From Chiloscyllium plagiosum (lineage: Eukaryota), in NCBI RefSeq assembly GCF_004010195.1, contig NC_057752.1, forward strand, positions 2,605,412 through 2,643,325: a stretch of DNA of 37,914 bases, read 5' to 3'. Both the position numbers and the translations under genes were made by a program. Below the pieces are notes generated by a model. It worked only from the letters and a program-made list of their open reading frames with translations. It had not been told where the DNA came from and did not search any database. Below are positions 1-9,594 of this stretch, piece after piece; the stretch's first letter is position 1, and the number at the start of each line of letters is the position of its first letter.

Positions 1-236
1 TCTACATATTGTGTCAGGAAACCCTCCTGCACACATTGGACAACACCGACCCATCTAACGAACTCGAGCTATAGCTTTCCCAATCAATATCAGGAAAGTT
101 AAAGACCCCCATAACAACCACCCTATTACTTTCACTCTTCTCCTGAATCATCCTCTCAATCCTTTCTGCTACGTCTCTAGGACTATTAGGAGGCCTGTAC
201 AAAACTCCTAACAGGGTGACCTCACCTTTCCTATTC
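1..236 (-). mobile_element. CR1-like LINE fragment, APE endonuclease region of ORF2
   Basis: Minus translation YRPPNS...VVVMG(V)FNFPDIDW matches the YRPP and GDFNxPDIDW motifs of CR1 endonucleases; degenerate. Confidence 0.85.
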
Positions 237-343
237 TCCCACTTGAGTTTGGATGATCTTTTACACCAGTTTGTTCATTTTTTTTTTAAAGTTTAATTGG
301 TGAGCATCAGTTGTGGCTTGGTCAATACTACTCTTGCCCCAGT

Positions 344-479
344 CATAGAGCTGTATAGCATGCAAGGAAATAGACAGTTTGGTCAGTATGGATGAATTGG
401 ACTGGATATCCTAACCTAATCTAGTCCCATTTGCCAGCATTTGGCCCATATCCCTCTAAACCCTTCCTATTCATTGACC
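344..479 (-). mobile_element. CR1-like LINE 3' end remnant
   Basis: gatatcc...ctagtcccatttgccagcatttggcccatatccctctaaacccttcctat closely parallels the CR1 tail at 2640-2710. Confidence 0.7.
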
Positions 480-570
480 CGAACTGAAAATGTGTTGCTG
501 GAAAAGCGCAGCAGGTCAGGCAGCATCCAAGGAGCAGGAGAATCGATGTTTCAGGCATAAGCCATTCATT
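480..570 (-). mobile_element. Penelope-like terminal repeat (pLTR) fragment with decayed hammerhead
   Basis: ctgaaaatgtgttgctggaaaagcgcagcaggtcaggcagcatccaaggagcaggagaatcg is shared with 28615, 32281 and (rc) 24325-24385; flanked by ATTCATTGACC at 469-479 and 564-574. Confidence 0.8.
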
Positions 571-687
571 GACCTGCCCAGACCAGAGGTTGTGGCTGAA
601 CCCTGAATTCTCGGCTGACTCCTTCATACAGTATTTAGGGAGTAAAGTTGCTGCTGTCTTACCAGATATCAAACTACTCTTTTATTA

Positions 688-856
688 GTGGCAGTTGGTG
701 GCAGTTTAACCAGAGGGTCACCACACTTCTGACCAGGGGAGAGGATGAGAGAGACCATACTACATGGAAACCTCAGCTGGTGTGAGAATTGAAGCCACGC
801 TGTTGGCATTACCCTGCATTACAAACCAGCCATTCAGCTAACTGAGCTTACTGACC
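688..856 (-). mobile_element. tRNA-derived SINE (family C in this window)
   Basis: rc head agctcagttagctg...cttcaattc is tRNA A/B-box like; homologous copies at 8190-8360 and 16855-17030. Confidence 0.65.
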
Positions 857-859
857 CTT

Positions 860-1510
860 AGCACCTCCCTCAGTGTATGACTTTCAGTCGAGGTGTTAAA
901 ACTGAGGCACCACAGATTCCATGGCACAAATCCAAAAATCCACTTTCATCCTTCCAGCCAATGTTAGGGTGAGATGGTGTCATGGTACCGTCACTGGGTT
1001 AGTAATCAGGGAGTGCTGGTTTGATAGATATGCATTCAAATGCTACCACAGCTGCAAAAAGGAGTCTAAATTGTGGAAATAATTCTGGAATGGGAAGCTA
1101 ATCTCCGTGACTGTGCTCATAAAATACTCATTGATCGTTTTCAAAACCCATCTGCTTCACTAATAGGAAGGAAATCTGCCATCCTTATCTGGTCTGGCCT
1201 ACATGTGACTCCAGGCCCACAGTGTTGCAGCTGGCTCATAACGACCCTCTGAAATGGCTGAGCAAGCCACTCAGTTCAAGGGATGCGTAATAAATGGCTG
1301 ACCTTAAGTGACACCTAAAGCATATCTTAGAAAATGACTTTTTCTTTTGGAAAAAATCAACTAAAAAGCAGGTTAACATCAATTTGCTGTTTGTGAGATC
1401 TTGCTGGGTACAAATTGCCTGTTTTCTGGGAGCTGTGACAACACTTCACAAAGTGCTCATTTGGCTGCAAAGGGTGTGAAAGGTGCTATTGAAATGTAAA
1501 CTTTCTCTCT
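860..1510 (+). mobile_element. Degenerate Deu-domain SINE-like element interrupted by a family A SINE
   Basis: ttgctgtttgtgagatcttgctg...acacttcacaaag...tgaaaggtgctattgaaatgtaaactttc recurs at 13950-14070 and 36410-36920, and (rc) 3650-3800 and 18610-18790; family name recalled, not searched. Confidence 0.5.
970..1330 (+). mobile_element. tRNA-derived SINE (family A)
   Basis: tRNA-like head plus body aaacccatctg..tcactaat..ggaaggaaatctgccatcctta.ctggtctggcctacatgtgactccag shared with about 10 other copies. Confidence 0.8.
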
Positions 1511-1590
1511 TTATAAATGGATGTATCCTGAGAAGCTAAATCCTGTCAGAGACATCCTTAAGTCACTTTGAAAGGAGATTTGTTCTTGCG

Positions 1591-1616
1591 CTCTCTCTCT
1601 CTCTCGCTCTCTCTCA
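1591..1616 (+). repeat. (CT)n microsatellite, imperfect
   Basis: ctctctctctctctcgctctctctc seen directly. Confidence 0.9.
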
Positions 1617-1641
1617 AACTTTATTTTGCATCTGCAACAAA

Positions 1642-1883
1642 ATGGGGTCTGGCAAAACCTCCTTGTATGCCCAGAATTGTCAAGTGGATGGCTTCTCCCC
1701 CCGCCCCAAGGTTAATGGCCATTCTTTGCTTAGGAGCACTCGAGAACGTGTTGTCCTGGGGCACAGCGGAAGGTGGCACACAGTTTATGCTGGTGGTACT
1801 GCCATGGTGATCAATGGCTGCTCTCAGCCAGTGAAAGTGTTCCACTTGGCAAACAATAAGATTGAATTGGTGCCAGACACAAG
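1642..1883 (+). CDS. Candidate first coding exon of an unidentified host gene (MGSGKTSLY...KIELVPDT)
   Basis: Non-repetitive, strong Kozak (caaaATGG), 80 open codons ending at AAG|GTATTG (phase 2), TATAAA at 1512-1517, no ATG between 1542 and 1641. No downstream exon or protein family recognised. Confidence 0.4.
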
Positions 1884-1929
1884 GTATTGGATAGGTTTGT
1901 CAAAAATTGAGCTATCCTGTTGATGGTTA

Positions 1930-2131
1930 GAAGCAAATTGCTGCTGGTGCTGGAATCTGAATGGGAAACAAAAAAATGAGATCACAGCGGGTCAGGCAGC
2001 ATCCATGGAGAAAAACAAACGAATGTTTAGAGTTTAGATGACTCTTCATCTCTGAAGCTCGAAACGTTAGCTTGCTTTGTCTCTATGGATGCTGCCTGAC
2101 CCACTGTGATCTCTGCATGTTTTTGTTTTCT
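1930..2131. mobile_element. Older Penelope-derived fold-back (inverted pLTR pair)
   Basis: Arms gagatcacagcgggtcaggcagcatccatggaga (1978-2011) and tctctatggatgctgcctgacccactgtgatctc (2080-2113) are reverse complements with 2 mismatches; ctcttcatc and ctcgaaacgtt hammerhead remnants lie between. Confidence 0.75.
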
Positions 2132-2298
2132 ACTGATGTTTAGTCCGTGTTGTCCATGCTCAGACACTGTGTAAAGCAACTTCAAACTTCTTTTTTATCT
2201 TTCTGTCTGTTGAGTATCCCTCCAATTCCATCTGAGGAAAAAATACACAGTGGGGTCTTTTTGATAACTTTACATTTTTTTCTTCTTTTGAGTGTAGG

Positions 2299-2480
2299 AG
2301 GAGATGGTGGTGTAGTGATAATGACACTGACTAGAAACCCATGCTAAAGTACTAGGCACACAGTTTACAGTCCCATCATGGCAGACAGTGACATATAAAT
2401 TCACTGAGCACTTGGCCTAATGGCGATTATGAAACCACTGTCAATTATTGTAAAGATCCATTTGTTTCACTTGTTCTTTA
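2299..2480 (+). mobile_element. Family A tRNA-SINE, 5' part
   Basis: ggagatggtggtgtagtgataatgacactgactag...tcccatcatggcaga head matches the other copies. Confidence 0.65.
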
Positions 2481-2584
2481 GAGTGGTTGCTCTTTTAAAA
2501 GTGGGGAATACTGCCAAATTGCCAGTGAAGAATTTGCATGTTGGGACAGCATGGCTTTACATTTTGAAAAATGTGTTTTAAGTT

Positions 2585-3230
2585 ATAGAGATGTATGGCA
2601 AGGAAATAGACCCTTTTGGTGCAATTCATCCATGAGGACCAGATATCCTAAATTAATCTAGTGCCATTTTCCAGCACTTAGCCCATATCCCTCTTAAACC
2701 CTTCCTAATTATATACCCATTCAGATGTCTTTTAAATGCAGTAATTGTACCAGCCTCCACCACATCCTCTGGCAGCTCATTCCATACACTCATCACCCTC
2801 CTATGTGAAAAAGCTGTCCCTTAGGTCTCTTTTAAACCTTCCCTCGTAACCTTAAACCTATGCCCTCCAGTTGTGGGCTCCCCTAACCCGGGGAAAAGAC
2901 CTTGCCTATTCACCTTATCCATGCCCCTCATGATTTTATAAACCTCTATAAGGTCACCCCTCAGCCTCCAACGCTCCAGGGTAAACAGCCCCAGTCTTTT
3001 CAGCCTCTCCTTATAATTCAAACTCTCCAACCCTGGCAACATCTTTCAGAATCTTTTCTGAATCCTTTCAAACTTAATAACAACTTTCCTATAGCAGGGA
3101 GACCAGAATTGAACACTGGTTAGCCACTTATGGAATACAATGTCTTGTACAGATGCAACATGCCATCCCAACTCCTATACTCAATGCACTGACCAATAAA
3201 GGCAAGTGTACATGCGCTTAATGTGTTTAA
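2585..3230 (-). mobile_element. CR1-like LINE 3' fragment (ORF2 C-terminus + 3'UTR)
   Basis: [40 protein letters not shown] is the typical CR1 ORF2 C-terminus. Confidence 0.92.
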
Positions 3231-3469
3231 TGCCCTTTGTCTGTGCATTCTTAACCTTGATGATGCAATTAACATTCCATGAATAAAAGATAATAGTAAT
3301 GCAAGTTGTAGCAATTGGTAAATAAAGGGTGTCAGGAGGAGGAAACTGCATCAATTTGAATGTGTTTCTTGTCCGATGTGCTGTCAGAAGCAGACTCAAT
3401 GGGCTGAATGGCCTATTTCTGCTCCTGAGTCTTATGGTCGTGAGATCTGGTACCTGAGCAATGGTACGT

Positions 3470-3577
3470 ATTCCTGATGAAGGGCTCTTGCCCGAAATGA
3501 CGTCTATTCTCCTGCTCCTCGGATGCTGCCTGACCTGCTGTGCTTTTCCAGCACCACACTCTCTCCTCTATTTCTCC
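3470..3577 (+). mobile_element. Solo Penelope-like pLTR with hammerhead core
   Basis: ttcCTGATGAAGGGCtcttGCCCGAAAtgaCGTC then ggatgctgcctgacctgctg; flanked by TACCTGAGCAATGGT (3451-3465) and TACCTAAGCAATGGT (3578-3592). Confidence 0.82.
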
Positions 3578-3651
3578 TACCTAAGCAATGGTGTCTTGCA
3601 AACTGGTCGCCCCCCCCCCCCCATTTGAGAAGACACAAACTGTGAATAGGG

Positions 3652-3830
3652 GAAAGAAAACTTGCATTTTTGATGTACCTTTCATGATCCAGACATTCCA
3701 AAGTTTTTACAGCGAAATTTCGAAGCATTGTCATTGCAGTTGCAGACAGGAAGTTCTCACAAACAAGAATGTGATAAATAACGGGTGAATCTGTTGTTTC
3801 TTAAGCACGTTTCATTGAAAAATGAAATGT
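3652..3830 (-). mobile_element. Deu-domain SINE-like 3' remnant
   Basis: aagaaaacttgcattt...cctttcatga...ccaaag..tttacagc...ctcacaaaca is the rc of the 1380-1505 tail. Confidence 0.5.
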
Positions 3831-4244
3831 TGTGCAGGGCATTCAAAATGGAAAATGATGCCAAGAACCTTTTTTTTTTCTCCTCCCATTTTTTGGATAT
3901 TTGTGTTTTGGTTGGGACACCACACAATGTACAGATTTCTGGCAGATGTTGTGAGCTGCAAGATCAGGGAGTCCAATTAATGAACACATGAATTGAGAAC
4001 ATCATGAATGTCCAGGCAGTTCAGTATTTGTGAGAGATGATAATTCATCAATTCTCATTGTCCATCTCGGGGATGTTTATCCAACGGAAGAGGCCATTTG
4101 GACCATCATGAAGGTGCTGGCTCCTCTGAGGAGCTACTCAGAGTCCCGTCCCCCCCTCCTTTTTAAAACTCCTTTTCAAGGATTTATCTAAATCCCACTC
4201 ATGGTCAATAAACTGACTGAAGCAACAAATACTGCAGTTAGTGG

Positions 4245-5115
4245 GAAGATGGTTGTATAAGTTGTAGCGTCAATGGTTGTGTAATCCACGGGATAGGAAA
4301 TCAAATCCCACCACGGGATCTGGTAGATATTAAATCCAATAAATAAATCTGGAATTAAAAACTATTCTGAGTCATAGTGACCATGAAACTATGATCAATT
4401 TGTCATAAAAGCCTATTTGGTTCACCAATTCCCTTTTAGGGAAGGAAATCTACTAACTTTACCCAGTCTGGCCTATATGAGACTCCAGATGCATAATTTA
4501 TCAAAGGAAACACCTATGCTGACATTGGAGGCAGTCCAGAGAAGGTTCAATTGGCTAATTCCAGGAATGGAGCGACTGGTTTACGAGGGGAGGTTAAGTA
4601 GGTTGGGCCTTACTCGTTGGAATATTGATAAATGAGAGGTGACCTTATTGAAAGGTACAAAATTCTTAGAGTGGGGCTTGACAGGGGAGATGGGGAAATA
4701 TTGTTTTCCATTGTGAGAGAGTCTAGGACCAAAGGGTATCATCTCAGATTAAGGGGTCGCCCATTTAAAACAGATGTGGAAGAATTTCTTCTGAATGGAA
4801 TTAATCTTGAATTCTCTACTGCTGTCAAGGCTGGGTCATTAAGTATACTGAAGGCTGAGACAGACTTTTAATCAGGAAGGGAAATGAGGGTTATGGGGCA
4901 AAAGGCAGAAAGGTGGAGATAAGGCTTATCTGGTCAGCCACAATCTCATTGAAATGGCGGAGCAGACTTGATGGGCCAAATGTGTGATCAATGTGGTTGA
5001 CTCTTAACTGTGCTTTCAAATAGCCTAGAAATCCACTCCGTTAAAGGACAGTTGGAGGACAGGCAACAAATGTTGGGGCCTTGCCAGTGACACTCCCATC
5101 CCATGAATGAATAAA
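4245..5115 (+). mobile_element. Family A tRNA-SINE split by a CR1 insertion (4245-4490 and 4988-5115)
   Basis: SINE body stops at gactccaga and resumes at caatgtggttgactcttaactg...catcccatgaatgaataaa. Confidence 0.8.
4492..4985 (+). mobile_element. CR1-like LINE 3' fragment
   Basis: LEAVQRRFNWLIPGMERLVYEGRLSRLGL / MRGDLIERYKILR; frameshifted. Confidence 0.9.
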
Positions 5116-5457
5116 TTCAGAAAGAAAATGTGCTCTAATTTCTGAGATGAAGGAGTGGAGAGAGAAACCCGTTCAGTGGCTTGGCCAATGCTGACTGTCA
5201 TTGGCACCAACAAGTCCGGGAAAGTTCGTTTTCTTTGTCGCTTGGAAAGGCTACGCTCTGTGTGCAGCACCTGACTACATCTCCCCACCCCTGCCACCAG
5301 CAACTCGACTTCAACGCAAACCACTGCTAACCTGTCGAAGCCTGTACAGGAACGCCCTAAAGGCAGCACAAGCTTTCTGGTTGTGTTGCATGAGCTCTTT
5401 TCCAAGCCATCTGCCCTTCTGTGAATGAGCTGCATGTTGTTGGGCGTAATTAAAATA

Positions 5458-5470
5458 TGACCTTTGACCT
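5458..5470 (-). promoter_or_regulatory. Perfect nuclear-receptor DR1 element
   Basis: TGACCTTTGACCT (rc AGGTCA A AGGTCA) in non-repeat sequence; function not shown. Confidence 0.45.
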
Positions 5471-5865
5471 TTCAATCGCCTCACTGAGCCAAGGTAGGCC
5501 CCATAGAGTTTCTGAGGTATTTTCTACTCCTTTTTTGTCAAAGAAAATAAATGTCAGTGTTGGTTTTCTTTTCAAGTGTTTTTCTTTTCCTTTTTCCAGC
5601 CTGTTTAAAGCAGCCAAGTCTGATCTTGTTCTTTTCCACCATTTGGATATTTCTCTCTGGTTTCTGCTTGAACTGAGAGTAGAATTGCCAGCTACCATTC
5701 CTGGAGGTTGCCGTGCATGCTTTCACCCTGCCATGGCTCACCCACAATGCCAGTCCTCTTGATGTCCAAGGCCAATCAGACAGCTGCCAATCAAATTGCT
5801 CTTTCTCCCTGTGTCTGACATTCTAACCAAAGAAAAGTTGATAAAAATCTTTGGAAAGAGTGGCT

Positions 5866-6228
5866 TTTTTGGTTTTATTCATCCATGGGATGAGAGCATC
5901 TCCAGCTAGCCCAGCATTTATTGCCCATCCTTGATTGTCCAGAGGGTAGTTGAGAGTCAACCACATTGCTGTGGGTCTGGAGTCACATGTCAGCTAGACC
6001 AGGTAAGGACAGCAATTTCCTTCCCTAAAAGATATTAGTGAACTAGTTGGGTTTTTCCAACCATTGAGAATGGACTTATGGTCATTATTACACTCTTAAT
6101 TTCAGTTTGTTTTGTTGAATTCAATTTTCACCATCTGCCATGGCAGGATTCAAATCCAGGTCCCCAGAACATTTCCTGGGTCTCTGATTAATAGTCCAGT
6201 GATAATATCACTCGGCCATCACCTCCCC
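5866..6228 (-). mobile_element. Family A tRNA-SINE, full length
   Basis: rc of the family A consensus from the head (ccatcacctcccc) to the tail (ttattcatccatgggatg). Confidence 0.85.
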
Positions 6229-6574
6229 GAGGGTTTGTCCCCAGGGTTGTTCAAAGCAGACTCCTGAAAATAATTCCGTAATTCCTCGAGGCTTTGGGAC
6301 CTTCCTGGAGAGGTTGGCAACTTTGAGGTGTGATCGCTCATCGAGGCTGCACTGAGATTATCTGTCCTCTCCATAGACTAGACCAGCGAGACTCTCTCCC
6401 ACAGTGTGTAGTGTGTTTATGGGGTATTGTACCAAAGGCCTACACCTATGAGCTAGACGCTCTGAGTCCATGTCCCACCAAAGCTGCTTAAAAACTTCCG
6501 ATCTAGTATCAACAATGCTGAATTACAAGATTCCGAATTTTGTAATCCTTGCATCAGCTTTATGAATGGCCTCC

Positions 6575-7085
6575 GGGGAGGCAGTCTGCCATCCTTACTT
6601 GGTTTGACCTACTGAGACGGAGGAGGTCATTCAGCCTCTTCAGGCTACTCTGCCGATTTAACTAAACCATGAAGTTATGTTCTTACACCATCCCTGTCAC
6701 CCTTGATATCTAGAAATCTATCTCCGTCTTGAATATACTCTGTGACTGAACCCTTCTAGGGTAGAGAATTCCAAAGATTCCTAGTCATCCGAGTGAAGAA
6801 ATTCCCTCTTGTCTCAATTCCGAACAGCCCTGCCCCTTATCCCAAGCCTGTGTCTTCTGGGTCCCAACCCTCCCTACCAGGAGACAATATCCTTTCTGCC
6901 AGGCCCTACATAAATTTTGTGTGCTTCAATGTGACTCCAGACCTCGAGAAAAAGTGAGGTTCCCTCTTTTTAATTGCTTTCTGTAATGACTCTCGATAAG
7001 GCAGCTTGCTTCTCGAGGGCATTTCGGGAGCGGGCAGTAAATGTTGGCTTTTGGTGTGGCCCAGGTCTGACAGATGAATGAAGAA
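6575..7085 (+). mobile_element. Family A SINE 3' half split by a minus-strand CR1 fragment
   Basis: tctgccatccttacttggtttgacctac (to 6612) resumes as atgtgactccagacc (6929). Confidence 0.65.
6613..6928 (-). mobile_element. CR1-like LINE 3' end
   Basis: ggtagagaattccaaagattc...gagtgaagaaattccctct matches the rc of other CR1 tails. Confidence 0.75.
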
Positions 7086-7429
7086 AATGTACCCATTGAT
7101 CTTGCTTCATTCATAATCACACACAGAACAATGAATAGCAGCGAACAAAAAGAAGTCAAGCATAGGATTTTTTAAATATAAAGGTCACTGAGCATGAGCA
7201 GTACCAGATCAAAAGGATGGCGATAAAATTATTGGAAGGTGATTGCAATGTTAATTGGATGATACAGTGGTGATAAGCCGGCCTGTACGGGGATTTAGCT
7301 TAGCTCTAGATTTGTTCAGTGGTGACGGGGGCTATTAACAAACCGGGTAAAGAGCCAAGACTGAACGCCACTAAGGCCAAAAAGGTCAAGCAGAAAGACA
7401 GTGTTGAAACACGGGAGCCTTCAGATCTA

Positions 7430-7835
7430 ATTGAGGTGTTCCAATGAAGAAATTGATGTGCTAAGTTAAAATTATTGCCTCTTGTTATGGGTGGGACTGC
7501 TGAATGAAGTGGGTATGACCATAAAATTTGAGCCAGGTGGGGGTGGGAATCTCAGTATCTCAGTCAGCACTTCTTCACGCAAAGAGATTTGGGAAATCTG
7601 GAATTCAACATGCAATCCCACTTCCTACCCATCCCACAGAAAATAAATTGTCTACGTCATTTGGCGAATTCAAGACTGCATTCAACAGGTTTTGTTTGGG
7701 AAAGGGAATTGGTACAAACTGGTGACTGTAATTGAAGGTAACAAAGCTGGTCATAGGCACAAATAATCAGCCACCATTCGATTGAATAGGAGCAGGCTTG
7801 AGTGGCCAAATGGTCTCCTCTCGCTCCTGTTTCTC
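7430..7835 (+). mobile_element. Highly degenerate CR1 3' end
   Basis: cacttcttcacgcaaagag...tctggaattc...ggagcaggcttgagtggccaaatggtctcctctcgctcct. Confidence 0.6.
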
Positions 7836-7892
7836 GTGATTTTGATATTTACACGAGGTGGGAATGTGACTGTGCAGCAACCAAGTACATTT

Positions 7893-8075
7893 TTTCTTCA
7901 TGGGATGGGCAATAAATGCTGGGCCCAGCCAGCGACACCCACATCCCTAGTTGCCCCTTGAGAAGGTGGGGGTGAGCTGCCTTCTTGAACCACTGCAGTC
8001 CATGTGCTGTAGGTTGACCCACAATGCCCTTAGGGAGGGAATTCCAGGATTTTGACCCAGCGACACTGAAGCACT
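7893..8075 (-). mobile_element. LINE 3' end (L2-like) sharing its tail with the family A SINE
   Basis: Minus translation FSVAGSKSWNSLP...GLQWFKKAAHPHLLKG followed by the gggcaa.tagggatg tail found in family A. Confidence 0.75.
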
Positions 8076-8189
8076 GCTGAGTGTTGGTGTGGAGGGAATG
8101 AATGTCAAATGTCCCCAACATGGATGGGGTGCTGATGATATAGACCAGGACCAGTGCCAGTAAAGTGGATGTTATCCCAGAGGACCATA

Positions 8190-8360
8190 AGGCTACTCTC
8201 CCATTAGAGAGATGACTGGTGGTCATTTGACCGAGTAGTCACCATACCTCAGGTAAGAGGTGAGGTTGAGAAGGGATCTTCATGGTAACCTCTGCCAATG
8301 ATGGAATTGAACCCCCGCTGTTGGCATCACTCTGCATTGTAAACCAGCCAACTGAGCGAA
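8190..8360 (-). mobile_element. tRNA-derived SINE (family C)
   Basis: catggtaacctc...ggaattgaacccccgctgttggcatcactctgcattgtaaaccagccaactgagc is homologous to 688-856. Confidence 0.7.
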
Positions 8361-8869
8361 ATGTCAAACCTGTGAACTAGGCCATCATCTACTTGGATTG
8401 CAAGACTGGAGGGAAGAAGAACAAAGCAAGCTTCACTATCCACTTGAGCAGGAAGATAGAAATAAAGAATTTAGACAAATCTGCTTTTGGTGAACTCCTG
8501 AACATGTGCAGCGAAAGCTGTACCAAATAACCCACAGCTCATTAAAATGCAGCATTCAGAATCTGAAAGCCATACTTTTAATCAAACTAGAACTGTGTTA
8601 TCTTTTCCATGACATCCTGTGAGCAGCTAGAATTGTGAATGATCTGAAATATCCTGCTAAACCAGTTCACTACAAGCGGAATGGTGATTAGAGATTAGGG
8701 CAACTTGTGAGGTGGGGAAGGTACTGGCTAAAGAATCGGGTGAGGAGAATTTCAAATGTATCCACTCGAGATTTTGATGTGTATTTGGGGATTCGTTGCT
8801 TGTCCAGATGATTGTTCAATCAGGGAGGAGTTGGGAGGGAGTAGGTAGGGTCAACCACTCTGAGACCAA

Positions 8870-8980
8870 GGTACTGAAATAAAAAGCTGGAGAAACTCTG
8901 CAGGCTTGTCAGCATCATGGGGAGAGAGAGAGAGAAACTGAGTTACTGTTTCAGGTCTGGTATGACTCCTCTTCAGAAAA
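8870..8980 (-). mobile_element. Old Penelope-like pLTR remnant
   Basis: gctggagaaactc..caggcttgtcagcatc...gtttcaggtc...gactcctcttcag resembles the pLTR/hammerhead layout. Confidence 0.5.
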
Positions 8981-8994
8981 GAGACTAAAGCAAG

Positions 8995-9235
8995 TGTGGT
9001 GACATGACAACTATCATTGTTGTTAAACCCCATCTGTTCACTAACATTCTTCAGGGAAGGAAATCTGCTATCCTCACCTGGTCTAGCCTACTTGTGACTC
9101 CAAACCCACAGCGATGTTGCTGAGTCTTAATTGCCCTCAAATGGCAGGGCAAGCCACTCAGTTCAAGGGGCAATTGAGGGATGGGCAACAAGTACTGACT
9201 CTTCCAGTGACACGCACATCCAAGAAAGATTTTTT
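8995..9235 (+). mobile_element. Family A tRNA-SINE, 3' part
   Basis: agggaaggaaatctgctatcctcacctggtctagcctacttgtgactcc...gggcaattgagggatgggcaac. Confidence 0.8.
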
Positions 9236-9594
9236 TTTTAAAAACCCACAGGATTTTCCAGAATTGGCTTGAATGGTTGCTTCAGCTTGCCACTAGTTTT
9301 TCATTTCAGCAAGGACTTTTATATTCCTCTGATACAGTGGAGACAGTTTTATGGGTGCTGCTTTAACAAGATTGGGTTGCTTCCTTTACTTTAATGGAAA
9401 GGGTCATGGCACCGCTACAGAACTGGCTTACATGAGGAAATGGTTACCTTGCAAATATTGCAAGTGGCACAGTGCTAGTCGTCTTTCCTCTGGGCCAGAA
9501 GGCCTGGGTTCAAGTCCCACTTGTTCTCGAGACGTCCCATAATATTTTTGAAGAGGTTGATTAAAAAGCATGATAAGTCTGTATGAATCTATTA

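Noticed and set aside
5025..5435. 136-aa minus ORF and overlapping 75-aa plus ORF
   Set aside because: No recognisable domain or splice structure; the minus ORF runs into a SINE tail.
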